Source: Trichoplax sp. H2
Taxonomy: Eukaryota
DNA length: 43,448 bases
Direction of reading: 5' to 3'
NCBI GenBank assembly: GCA_003344405.1
Contig: NOWV01000122.1
Span: 186,001 to 229,448 of the forward strand
A model generated the notes under the pieces. It saw nothing but the letters and a program-made list of their open reading frames with translations, had not been told where the DNA came from and ran no database searches. The position numbers and the translations under genes are program-made. This document shows positions 1 through 12,560 of the stretch, in pieces (the stretch's first letter is position 1; every line of letters starts with the position of its first letter).

Positions 1-149
1 ACAATACTGACATGACATCTTCATTATTGTGTAACCTCATAATTAGTTTCATAGTAAAGTTATAAAGTAGCTGATATCATACAAGAAATAATTACTTTAC
101 CTTTTAAAAACAGATCATGAGCGAGATATTATAATCACGTTTAAAAGAT

Positions 150-581
150 TGTCACGGTACGAACTACCGTGAAGAAATACCTAAATTTGGTTAATACAAT
201 ATAGTGATAATATATTACGACTAGTTACTTACAATAGGAATTACTCTAATTATAGATGTGTTACTGTAAATTTAATGCTTTGCTGTAATGTGCACTGAAA
301 TAATTCTGTGAATGGACATATTGCTGTTCGGCTGTGAAAAATTAGTTAGTAGATGTTCTTACCTAAGTATTTTTATAACATAACTCGTGAATGTTAGCTG
401 CTGTAGAAGGGTATATAAGCCCGTCAGATAGTTGAGTAAAGTAGTTCTCAATTGTCTAGCTGAGTTTAACGTAGAATCAAAGGGGTCTAAATTCTTGTGA
501 GTAGGAATACTGAATCCGCAGATTTTAAGAGATTTAGAGATTTATTTTACGTTATCCTTGTCACGAAGCTGGTTTGTGACT
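150..581 (+). mobile_element. Solo-LTR-like insertion, family A (432 bp)
   Basis: Starts TGTCACG and ends TGTGAC(T). Perfect 5-bp TSD AAGAT (145-149 / 582-586). TATATAA at 412-418. Terminal hairpin TGTCAC-gaagctggttt-GTGAC at 559-581. Confidence 0.75.
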
Positions 582-942
582 AAGATATTTACGAATTCGG
601 AAGATACTGTAAGGATGGACAATATGTACTTTAATTGTCAGCCGTTAATCACATGCGAGGCCTTTAAACAACACTAAACCTAATAAAAAAAGCAATTAAC
701 AACCTGGATATTATTCTTAAAAAAAAGCTAATAAATACGTTAAACTTTAGAATGGAGGATAGTTTCGGTTTCTGAACGTTGAGAATGCATATAATGACTC
801 GAGTAAATAAAGCTGCCTTTATTGAATTTCTAAATTATGTGTATGCTGTGTTATGTAAGCGACGCCGATTATGAATTTGCGACCTACACGCTCCATTTTC
901 ACGTTTTATTAATATTCACCAGTTTATTTATTTGTTAATAGC

Positions 943-1322
943 TGTAACGGAGTAACTTTTGCGTAGCTGTCATAACATAGATTTTATGATAATTCATCTA
1001 GAAATATGTTTAAATAGCGTTATCTATGACTTTTTAAATATTTTTAATAGATAATTGCATAGCTTTATAGCATTATCTATAAATTGATTACTAATATTTG
1101 TATCGATTCGTTATAAATTGACTGACCTTCCAATAAAGTTTGGGTTAAGTAATGGCTAAGAGAGACTAGTTGTGTTACCGTTCTTCCTGACTATAGGAGA
1201 TCGTCAGTATTTAGAGTCGTTCTGAGGGTTAATGTCATGGAGGAAAAATCTGGCAGTAGACTCGTGGTATAGTTTCTACAATAGTTCTAACATTTCCTCG
1301 TTACAAATTTCAGTTTATATCA
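943..1322 (+). mobile_element. Solo-LTR-like insertion, family B copy 1 (380 bp)
   Basis: Ends TGTAACG...TATATCA. Perfect TSD ATAGC (938-942 / 1323-1327). TATAAA 1078-1083 and AATAAA 1132-1137. Homologous end to end with 21352-21735. Confidence 0.85.
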
Positions 1323-2009
1323 ATAGCATATAAAATTAGCGTTCTGTAATACAAGATCACGATTTCGTGCTAACGTCTTGATTCTTCAGAATTTAATAGG
1401 GGATAAACAAGGTCTTGCATATGATTCAGTTAATGATATCGATACCTGTCAACTAGTACTGCGGAGTAAATATCTTCATAGCTAAGCTAGTAATTCTTAT
1501 AGAAATGAAATTCAAATGCCAGAAATAAAGCTAGATTCTGAAGCTTTAACATTAAATTGATTTTTAACATTGAATTAGAATAGTCTCAACGGATAGAGGA
1601 TGCATAAGAATTGATAACTAAATCTTTTAATTACGGCTGTTACTGTTACTTATCATCGAGCAATTAATTATAAAAAATTAGTTTTAGCGCGATTATGTAC
1701 AACCCTATATCCTACGTAATTGAAGATAGCAATACTACTTAGGAGATTTTTTTCATGAATCGAAAATTTATTATACTTTGACAGCTATTAGAATTTGTAA
1801 ATTTATACGTATCATTTATACTTTCAAGGGCATCCAGTATTAAGTTTGTAGATATTCTTTAGTTTAATTAAGATATAATTATGATATAAGTTATTTTTTA
1901 TCTTAGATCTCAGGAAAATATCCTAACACCGGAGTATTTCTATCGGTAAGACATTGACTAAAACATTCTTACTTTCTCTTGTTCTTATAACAGTATCAAT
2001 TTAGACGGA

Positions 2010-2636
2010 TATCATAAAACAGCTTTGCAACAAGATAGCGTAATGTATGATCGATAAGTCAATTCCTTAAACCACGTATCAAGGAACGATATCTGCACTA
2101 TTAGGAACACTTTTGCTGTACTAGTAAACTACACAAAGACTTAGACGCCTCGTATTTTACGTTAAACCATAAGTTTAAGAACTAACTTTATTATACGTTT
2201 AATGCATTTGGTATTCTTCCTCAATAGTTCATGAATCATAATTGGTACGATTAGCTTTGGATACATTCACTGAATAAGATAATAATTTTAGCTATTTTTC
2301 TCTAAAAATGCAGACAACTGTACTTACAAACATAGATATCTGATGGCTAATACAGAATAGTCAGATTACGATATATTCTATCACGAGATATTTCCACGAT
2401 AATTTAAAATCCACCATAAGTAAGTTACAATCACAATGTTTCGAACTGTAAGTAGATAATTTGCATTCTCTAATATAACTATTAATTTCGATATATACTA
2501 GGTTACGGTCATAAAAAGCCAGTGCTACATTAAAACACGGTATATCCAAATTAGAAGTTAACTAAATACGGATAGGCTAACAAAGTTATCCTAACATAGA
2601 TATTTCTACTCTAATGAAGTATATAACACTGTCACA
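2010..2636 (-). mobile_element. Solo-LTR-like insertion, family C copy 1 (627 bp)
   Basis: Reverse-complement homolog of 7313-7942 over its full length. Perfect TSD ACGGA (2005-2009 / 2637-2641). Terminal hairpin at 2010-2032. Confidence 0.88.
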
Positions 2637-4917
2637 ACGGATAAGACATTAGCTAATCATCCAATATCTTGTCGATATAATGAAGGGTCATGTTTAATTT
2701 TTACTAATGTAGATGAAGCATTATTTTAATTATATACCATTGAATTTACACACTTAGAAACTAAGCAACTATTAATTAATTCCGATTATCATAGCCTTAC
2801 AGCTATTATCTAAAATTTTACTAAGTAAAGATTTTGTATTATATAAGCTCCATTATTGCATGAATAGATTAAATTATTATCTAATCGATATCGTACATAT
2901 ATTGATCATATTCCAAGAATCTTTCATCAAATGCGACAATATTGGTTCTCTTTTAATTGTGCATGTAAGATTAGTATTATTACTTCAAACAATACATCGG
3001 TACAAGAATTTGAACAAAAATGAATTATTTTGGTTTTGTGCTATAAAGAATATAGTTTGATGTTCATTGAATTTTACATATGTGTTAACAATACAACCAC
3101 AAAAAACGTTCTTATTTCTAATAACAGAATTTTATTTGCAATACTTTCATCCAAATAACTAACATAGGTTCTTAATTTTTAATTCTTCAATTAAACCCAT
3201 CTTTTCCTCGATAATGCGAGAAAAACTTTCTAAACTTGGATAGAATCACTGCCCTAATATAATAGTGTATCTTTAGAAAATGTATTTATAAAAGATTTAA
3301 ATTATTCTTACAACACTGCAAAGAATAATCGTTCTCAGTTAATAAAGCTAGCGGTAAATTACAGATTATGGTAATAACATTAAAATATCAATGGATTAAT
3401 TTTATTTTAGTATTTTTAACCTAGATAAAGTATTTAATTTTTGTTAAGATGTTTTTACCTTTTTGACGCCATTGTGACATCATCTTTATCCAATACAGTT
3501 TTGAGCATTGTATAAATTTATTAACTTTAATACAATACAACAATAAAGCGATAATATTGACTAATCCTTAATATTATTGCATTATTATAATTGGAGGAAT
3601 TGTTACTAAAATTGTTGTCCTTGTGCTCCTTTTACATATTCATATAATTACCTTAAGCATAAACAATGTCTATCTATAATTAATGCTATGTTCAAATTTG
3701 TCAGTCATGATGATCTAAAAATATGACGATATAAACTGAACTACAATTGTCAAAACTATCAATGCCATGCAAGATACTATAGTTTAAATGGTCGTAATCA
3801 TGTCAGCATTTATATTATTCATTATTGATTAAAATCGGTATGTATATTTTCAAGGTGATGTCATGTTAGTATTCTGACGGATTAATTAATGTTTGACTTT
3901 GAAATGAAGGTAATAGCTGTCAACAGAGTAGCCCATTTAATTGTCGGACAATAATTTTTTCTTTTAAAATTATTAGTCTTTGTCGATAGGCAAATTGGTT
4001 CTGTTATCCTAAATAACTGCATCTTAATCATGAGTAAAGATATAATAGGATAAAAGGATGTGAGATATCGATATTACTTGTGGTTATCGATTCAGAATCT
4101 GCACACGTATCTTGGTAGTAGCTAGGGATTAATTGTATATTATATTAAGGGGAAAAGTCTGCTGGTATTATTAAAAACTAGATGCATAAACCCAGTCATA
4201 ACTGCATTTACATCCAATAAATTGGTAATTACTAAAAATTTTTCAGTATATCCATAGTAATTGTAAAAAATACATTACTCAAGGCCTAAGAAGGCCTTCC
4301 ATTCTATGTAATGATACCTTTACTTAAGTAGCAACTTTAAAATCATACATGCGAGTAGAACGTTAGTTTAAATCCTGGGTTGATTCACATTGTTTAGTGA
4401 ATGTCTACGCTAGTAATTATTCTAACTATTGCTATAATAGATAAACCGTTGACGGAATAAATCTAAATGCAGCCTTCGCTGACTGAAAGTAGTACATTCG
4501 GTATTAGAAGCTAATTTAAAGCAGATTTTTTAATGTGTACTAAACTGTATAGTACAAGCTAAAAGCTAAATTTGGGCTAGCTGCATTTTAACAGCCATGA
4601 AATTAAATTCCATCCTTTATAATTGTATTATTGATCACCAAATAACATTGAGGTAGTTAAAAATTAATTGATAGGATCATGTACTTGATCTATTCTATCA
4701 TGTCCTGTCATATTTTTATAGTAAATTCTGGAGAAATTTAATTCGGTTACAGATATTGTAGTTCAAGATTCTATTTTCTTCTGTTAACAAATTTTTTCAG
4801 AAGTAATCTTATAAATTGCTTATACCAGCTACTAATTGCGCATAGCTCGAAGCTAGATAAGTATAGATCTGTAGCGGTGTCAAGATCACCATTATGCATA
4901 AATAAGTCGTATGGATC

Positions 4918-5265
4918 TGTCACACACCACTAGCGACAAAGTAAATCTACAGAAGCTAAGGCTCACAAAGAACGCCTTCTACTGACTTAAAGAGACGAGA
5001 TTAGCTACATCACCTAATAGTTCAGTTCCTACGATCGAATAATATAGTATAGCGATAGCATCACTGACAGTATAGACGAGGTAGTCAGAGAATTACTACT
5101 ATTTATTACTGAAGAAATCTTGATAACCCAGATTATAGTCTTGGTAATTCAATAACAATTGATAAATTATTTCACAAATTAACCGACTAACAAACTAAAA
5201 AAGTGGTCTTCAGGCATCAGCCTTTTACAGCCTCATTAGAAACTCCTGATGCACATAATGTAACA
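4918..5265 (-). mobile_element. Solo-LTR-like insertion, family D copy 1 (348 bp, diverged)
   Basis: Ends TGTCACA...TGTAACA. Reverse-complement homolog of 9376-9757. TSD degraded (GGATC / CTATC). Terminal hairpin 4918-4938. Confidence 0.82.
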
Positions 5266-5436
5266 CTATCCTTGTAATACTAATTCATTTTCCAGTATAG
5301 GAAAGTAAATTAGTTATAAACCTAATTTATGAAGGAGCGAAAAGGTCAGATTTTGATCTGGCCATGCCTACCTCGAGTTACATACGTGTGTAACAACTAC
5401 TCTTTGCCTAAGTTAAATATTCTTTCAATTAAATTC

Positions 5437-5765
5437 TGTAACCCTAGCTAAAGATGAAATAGTCTTCATTACAATTTGGAGAGTTTCGCGTACATCAGTT
5501 AGAATAAAGAATAGTACAACACATGGCATTTCTTCTTCGCTATCTCCAATCGTTACACCTCTTCAAATGCCTCTTATATATCTAGCTATTTATTCCAAAA
5601 TCATAATTATTTATTTTCACACATAGGTCTTATACTTCTATAGAACCTGATTCTAAGGCTCACATAAATGACGAGATCTCATATAAATTATATCCACGCT
5701 TAGCCATTAATGTGCAAATAAAATATTTTACGAACTAATTTTGAAATATAATATAAAATGAAACA
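5437..5765. mobile_element. Candidate degenerate solo-LTR-like insertion (329 bp)
   Basis: Ends TGTAACC...TGAAACA flanked by AATTC (5432-5436 / 5766-5770). Minus-strand ATATATAAG near 5573-5581. No second copy in the window and the TSD is AT-rich. Confidence 0.35.
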
Positions 5766-7039
5766 AATTCAGGCCTAAGAAATATACGATGCTCATGTCG
5801 TCTATAAGTATTAATTTCCATGTATACATATACCAAGTAACTGCTCGTGAATGTAGATAGAAGGCATAAAAACGAAATACTTTTTACCATGAAGAGAATT
5901 CATAAATTATCATTTACGCTTAAGGAGGTCTATAACATTTCTGCCGCGAAACTTAAGGAAAAGTTCCGTCGTTAGCACACGTAGGTAATCTTGATAAGTA
6001 GTTCGAGATAGAAGAAGACCTAGTAATATCTACAGTGTGTGTTTGCTATAAGAAGAATATATATGTTGAAGTCATACATATACATATTGACGACAGTATC
6101 ACATAAAGCTGATGTGTCAGGGCTGTATAGTTTGCTATATCAATCCATTATGATGGCACTAGATTGGAGATTCCTACATTAGCATAAAGTTTGATTTTAG
6201 ATCATGAGCACAATTTATCAACTTTTGTATCTATAAGGATCTCGCCTCGTTCTATGAAGCGCATGGTGATTTTACTAAGTCATTATGACAAGAGAAAATT
6301 GATAACTACTACAATGCTTTTCTCTCATTTAACATCTCTGTACTAGAATATTTCTGAATATGACTAGCATAACAGAAGTAACAACCAAATGAGCTTAATA
6401 CAAATACTAACTATTTGTGTGATTTTCAAAGGCTAGAACTATGTACTTTAAATATACGCTGCTGAATTATCTTAATTTATAAATGAAGAAAGGAATAAAC
6501 TATCTACTATGTAATAGGATTATAATCGCAATACAACGTAGCGGTAAGCACTTATTCATAAGTACCAAAGTAATGTTAGCTTTAGTTAAAAATCTTATTT
6601 TTATCATATTTTGATGATATTGAAATCTTTTGTAGCTTACGGTTGTACTAAAAATTTCTGTTTCTTGAAAAATGTTTCCTGTAACGTAATAGAATGATGA
6701 AGATCTTCACTAAAAAAGCCCATTAATTCTATTAGGTAGTTAGCAGATTCCGATACAGATTGTTTCTAATAAATAACTTAATCTCAGACTGTGAACATAT
6801 TTTACGTTCGTGTATGCCAAAGAGCCTTATTAATTACAGGCAATCTATCTTTACTTTGAGAAATTATTCGTTTTCAGCCATCAAGAGTTATTCTTTATAC
6901 ATTTATCGCTGCTCTAACTTGTACGGTATTTTTTTCCATACAATGCAGTATTGTAATAATAGACTATAATATACCGATATTTGTACATCATCATGGATAA
7001 TTGATATATAAGTTCAATGGTCTTTCGAAATTCTAGTTT

Positions 7040-7077
7040 TTACATATATATATAGGTTACATATATATATATATATA
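7040..7077. repeat. Interrupted (TA)n microsatellite
   Basis: TTACATATATATATAGGTTACATATATATATATATATA. Confidence 0.85.
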
Positions 7078-7312
7078 CTGTATATTATACAGTACTACAT
7101 AGTACACGGTATAAAGTTACTGAACCTCTGACAGGTCTACGACAAATGGTAATACTATCTGTTAAATGAGCACATTATCGTAAATCGTCAGCAAAGCGAC
7201 GGGAGTTTGCACTAGTACAATATTAAATATTTGGTGTTGTTCTAGAAAAGTTCTCTATATTTGATTGACGACAAAATGTATATTCTATAAAATAATATTA
7301 ATTTAAAGCTCG

Positions 7313-7942
7313 TGTTACAGTGTTATTTACTGTATTAGAGTAGAAATATCTATGTTAGGATAATTCTGTTAGCCTATCCTTGTTTAGTTAACTTCTAATT
7401 TGGATATACTGTGTTTTAATATAGCACTGACTTTTTATGACAGTGACACTTATACGCATACTGAAATTATTAGTTATAATAGGGAATGCAAATCAACTAC
7501 TTACAGCTCGAATCATTGTGATTGTAATTTACTTATGGTAGATTGTAAATTATCATGGAAATGTTCCGTGATAGGATATATCGTAATCTGACTATTCTGT
7601 ATTAGTCATCACATGTCTATGTTCGTAAATACTGTTGTCTGCATTAAGGGAACAGTAGCTAAAATTAATATCTAATTCAGTAAATGATTCCAATGTTAAT
7701 TGTATTAACTATGACTCATGAACTATTGAGGAATAATATATAAATGCAGCATATCGTGTAATAAAGTGGATTCTGAAACTTAGTGTTTAACGTAAAATAC
7801 GAGGCGTTTAAGTCTTTGTGCAGTCTGCTAGTAGGGCAAAAGTGTTTGTGATAGTGTAGATATCATTCCTTGATACGTGGTTCAAGGAATTAACTTATTG
7901 ATCGTACATTATGTTATCTTGTTACAAAGCTGTTTTGTGACA
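7313..7942 (+). mobile_element. Solo-LTR-like insertion, family C copy 2 (630 bp)
   Basis: Ends TGTTACA...TGTGACA. Perfect TSD GCTCG (7308-7312 / 7943-7947). AATAAA 7760-7765. Terminal hairpin TGTTACAAA-gctgt-TTTGTGACA at 7920-7942. Confidence 0.9.
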
Positions 7943-9191
7943 GCTCGGTATCTAAATTTGGAACTACATCCTTTTAATTCAAAACTATTTAACTAGACAT
8001 AATGCCACATTTTTGAATGAAATATGAATCTTTCCGTGCAGTTAGAGCAGGTTGTCAGCTCTTCTAGAAGTTTATCTAGATCGCTAGGCCCTAATCATTT
8101 ACTAACGTATATGATAATTGTTTAGAAAATATATGTAATGATGGTTGATTTTTAGAATCTTCCTATATAACTTTGTATCACAGTAGGTATTTTCGCATTT
8201 AAAAGCAACTAATTTGATCTGATTTCAGTAAATTTAACCTAATATCTCAGTATATTCTGAACTCCTTTATTTTGTTAGGGCTATCATTTGATAATATCAA
8301 GTAGCATTATTTTGTTAATTATTATAAATTGTGAGATTAAAATTTAACCGATATATTTAGTTAGTATAATATTTGTGCTTAAACTGTGATAAAATTTATA
8401 GCTGATTGTATTTATAAAATATAGTAAAAATTTCACCTTTTATTTCTTTGCTATACGCATACAATTCTGTGCTACCGCAAACGTTTAGATTCTAAGTTGT
8501 AGTTCGGTTGAGCTTAGTGTTTTATGTAGTTATGTACCGTATACTGTAGAAAGACGTAATTTACATTTAAATTTTGATTATTATTAATTTGATAATTTGG
8601 AAATCTAGAAAAAATATATATATTAGAATATGTGATTATCTGCAAGTCCAATTTAGAAAGTAAAATAATACTAAATCAATAGCCGGATACTATCAACTAC
8701 TCTGAATAAAATATACGCGTAAATGGTGTTGTAGTTTAAGCTAGCGAAATAAGAAGATGAAAGTAGTTCCTAAATTTAAGAATAAATTCATCATATTTGA
8801 TAGCTGTCAAAAGGTATAATTCTACTCTTTCTGTAATTCTTTTATTTAATTTTATAAGATTGTGACTGAAAGCTATAATAAACTAGGACATTTTCTTTAA
8901 GTACAGCCGTAATTGGGTTTCAAAATTATTCACTGGTAAAATGATGTATCATTCATTATGCTCATGGTTGCTTTAGAGTGTATAGTCCCAAGCTTTGCAC
9001 TTTATGTCGCAAAGTCAATGAGATACAATAATTTGATATACCGTAAAGGTGCCATGATCATGAAATTGGATGCTAATATTGCTCATGAAGATGATATTTT
9101 TAATCCTAAAGAGCTATTTGCTAAAGTCATTGCCAACATTATCTGAGAAAGTGATGCAATCAAGCAAAATTTACGGAAATTGACTTTAGAA

Positions 9192-9211
9192 NNNNNNNNN
9201 NNNNNNNNNNN
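9192..9211. other. Assembly gap (20 N)
   Basis: Run of 20 Ns. Confidence 1.
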
Positions 9212-9375
9212 GCTTAAACTGTGATAAAATTTATAGCTGATTGTATTTATAAAATATAGTAAAAATTTCACCTTTTATTTCTTTGCTATACGCATACAAT
9301 TCTGTGCTACCGCAAACGTTTAGATTCTAAGTTGTAGTTCGGTTGAGCTTAGTGTTTTATGTAGTTATGTACCGT

Positions 9376-9757
9376 TGTTACGATGCGTAAGCTCGTCCTA
9401 ATTATTGAGTAAAATTAAATATTGCTTGTAGTAGTTTCTGACGAGACTATAAAAGGCTGGTGCCTGAAGATTCCTTTTTAGTTCGTTAGTCGGTTAGATA
9501 GTCAACTAGTTTTTCAATTGATATTTAATTGTAAAGACTATAATCTTGGGTGCCAAGATTCCTTCAGTAATAAATGATAGTAAATCTCTGACTATCTCGT
9601 CTACATCATCTGTGACGCTATAATTATGCCATAGTATTCGGTCGTTGGAACTGAATTATTTGGTGATATAGCTAAGCTCGCCTCTTTAAGTTAGTAAGTG
9701 GCGTTCTACGCAAGGATTGGCGTGTGTAGACTACTTTGTCACTAGTGATGTGTGACA
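9376..9757 (+). mobile_element. Solo-LTR-like insertion, family D copy 2 (382 bp), with the empty site visible in the duplicate copy
   Basis: Ends TGTTACG...TGTGACA. Perfect TSD ACCGT (9371-9375 / 9758-9762), while the paired copy has a single ACCGT at 8536-8540. TATAAAAG 9448-9455, AATAAA 9569-9574, hairpin 9737-9757. Confidence 0.93.
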
Positions 9758-12490
9758 ACCGTATACTGTAGAAAGACGTAATTTACATTTAAATTTTGAT
9801 TATTATTAATTTGATAATTTGGAAATCTAGAAAAAATATATATATTAGAATATGTGATTATCTGCAAGTCCAATTTAGAAAGTAAAATAATACTAAATCA
9901 ATAGCCGGATACTATCAACTACTCTGAATAAAATATACGCGTAAATGGTGTTGTAGTTTAAGCTAGCGAAATAAGAAGATGAAAGTAGTTCCTAAATTTA
10001 AGAATAAATTCATCATATTTGATAGCTGTCAAAAGGTATAATTCTACTCTTTCTGTAATTCTTTTATTTAATTTTATAAGATTGTGACTGAAAGCTATAA
10101 TAAACTAGGACATTTTCTTTAAGCACAGCCGTAATTGGGTTTCAAAATTATTCACTGGTAAAATGATGTATCATTCATTATGCTCATGGTTGCTTTAGAG
10201 TGCATAGTCCCAAGCTTTGCACTTTATGTCGCAAAGTCAATGAGATACAATAATTTGATATACCGTAAAGGTGCCATGATCATGAAATTGGATGCTAATA
10301 TTGCTCATGAAGATGATATTTTTAATCCTAAAGAGCTATTTGCTAAAGTCATTGCCAACATTATCTGAGAAAGTGATGCAATCAAGCAAAATTTACGGAA
10401 ATTGACTTTAGAAAGATACAACAATAGATCGGCATTGCTTAATGGAATACGCATATTAATATTAATAATTTGTAAAGTTAGCCGAAGATAATATGTAGCT
10501 AACGTAATCTTTGAACAAAAATTAGACCTGGAATGCTTAATACATATGATCAGTTTAAATATTATTCTGGCTAATAATTAATAGTAATTCTATTATGTGA
10601 GCTTTAAATCACCTAGCAATAATTGGAATTCATTCTTGAATTTATATTTGAATTTATTTTCGGTTTAAATTGTTTAAAATGTGATTACAGTATACTATAG
10701 CTATCAAAATAGCAGTCATGGTCGAATAATTCATTTAATAAAATCATTAGTCTATCTTTACTGAACATTTTCGATACTCATAGAACATAAGGAGGTAGTT
10801 CTTGGATCGTAAGGATGAACAAGTTTCTTTACGATTCAACATCTTTAAATTGACCTCATAGGCAATAACGAATTGGAAAGGTTTTTAATGTTGTATATAA
10901 GTCTAATACCGAATTCTTCATTTGTTGATTTCACTAAATGGTTAACGGTAATATGATCCCTATAAAATGAATGTATAGGAGTATACTGTTTTTATAAAAC
11001 ATTAATATTGTTTAACACTATCTAATTCTTAATAAACCAAATGATACTAAGTAATTGCGTGTTTATTGTATAAAAAATCAGTGGTAAGGTATATTATATT
11101 ATTTAAGTAATCAGAAACACGTACGAATATTGGCTACCAGGAGATCCTGGTGATCTGATCAAACCTTTCATTAATATAGACGTTACTTCATCAACTCAAT
11201 AATTCATTTAATCCAATTTTAGGCTATATCGAAGCAAGTCTAACATGAATTATCGGTCATCCATCCATGTTACAAGCTAGGAATAGCCCTAACTTGTGAT
11301 AAGAGTCGAGAGTATGATAGCTAATTTACACTACTATAAAATGGTATACCAATCAGTTGATATTTTTGCGTAGATGTAACTAAGATTGAGCACAGTGAGG
11401 CCTCCAATCTCTCTTGGAATCACATAATCTACTTAATTGCCGGTGAGGCCGCATCTTACATAGGTTTAAGTTCCTAAAACCGGTTTAACTATACGAGTCG
11501 TCTTCTTGTCTTTTAGAAATTGGCTTAATTAATAGTATAAAGAGTCTCCATTTGCGTAAGTTCTATGCCGTCTAATCCTATTAAATTGGCTGCATTAGTA
11601 TTAAATTAGTCAATTTCAAATAGTAGTTTAAATAATATGTATTAGGCTATCCTATAAAGATAGATTATCCTAACTTGGCATATGTGCTTTCAATTTTAAC
11701 ATCCTTCGAGGTGATAGATTCAATTTCGTTAAAGTAGTTCGCAATTAGTGGGCAATTACTATTACAGTCTGACGTAATCCTAAATCAAGGATTACTAATA
11801 CAGCAACTGTTTACCACTAAAATTACAATCAAGGAGACCGTAAACATTGCTGAAATGTTTGTATATATAGAATATAACATGAATATAATGTACTCTTCAT
11901 GAAAATTAACTTTCGTTCGACCCAATTATGAAATATATTTTATAGGACATGAGAGTTCACTTCTATTTTCTGCCTTCGATTATTGTGACGTAAGATGGCA
12001 CGGGTCTATTCTATTCAGTAATAAGAATATTATTTCTCAAACTACTAAAAATACTAATTCTAAATCAGACAATACCAAGGAGAGTATGATCTTAGGGATT
12101 GAAAGGCTCTAATTCCGCTCTATCATCTTATCCAAAATTTTCATTAAAGAATAAAATAGTTTATTACACAAAAGTCCCTACATAAAGGTATTCTACCATA
12201 TCCGCTTTAAAATATTTTCACCTTCAATGCGATTCTTTGTGATTAAAATGCGTCTAATTAATAAATGATAATAAGGAACTGATTTGTAATATTGAAACAA
12301 TATATAAGACGCAACAACATTAAAAAAAATACTATTTACTAATAATAACGCAAATTAAAAAGATTTTGATAAATAAGTGGGGGCCAGAAAGAATAAGAGT
12401 GTTCTATGAACAGCTATAATTCGATTTATTCGCAAAGGTCGTTAAAAACTAATCCTTTATTTCTGTTTTGTATTATATTGCCTTTCATGG

Positions 12491-12560
12491 ATTCTTTCTC
12501 ATCTGACGGATGCTGATTGTATCTTCACAAATTCTTTCCCATCTAACGGATACTGATTGT
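12491..12560 (+). repeat. Short imperfect direct repeat (2 copies, 40-bp period)
   Basis: ATTCTTTCTCATCTGACGGATGCTGATTGT / ATTCTTTCCCATCTAACGGATACTGATTGT. Confidence 0.75.

Larger units (their letters stand above)
8377..10413 (+). repeat. Near-identical 815-bp direct duplication across the assembly gap (8377-9191 vs 9212-10413), probably two haplotypes or overlapping contig ends
   Basis: Both copies abut the N run exactly. They differ by the 382+5 bp insertion and two substitutions that I could find (8902T/10124C, 8981T/10203C). Confidence 0.92.

Noticed and set aside
2361-7591. Two similar 62/63-aa ORFs (2361-2549 minus, 7400-7591 plus) suggesting a conserved small protein
   Set aside because: Both lie inside family C copies and start at TTG. 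Their similarity follows from DNA homology, with many amino-acid changes. dN/dS over more copies would be needed to revive the idea.
2010-7942. One large DNA transposon with about 630-bp terminal inverted repeats
   Set aside because: Each arm has its own distinct perfect TSD (ACGGA, GCTCG), so they are independent insertions.
8958-10368. Identical 62-aa ORFs at 8958-9146 and 10180-10368
   Set aside because: Duplicated only because of the gap-flanking duplication, with no recognisable domain.
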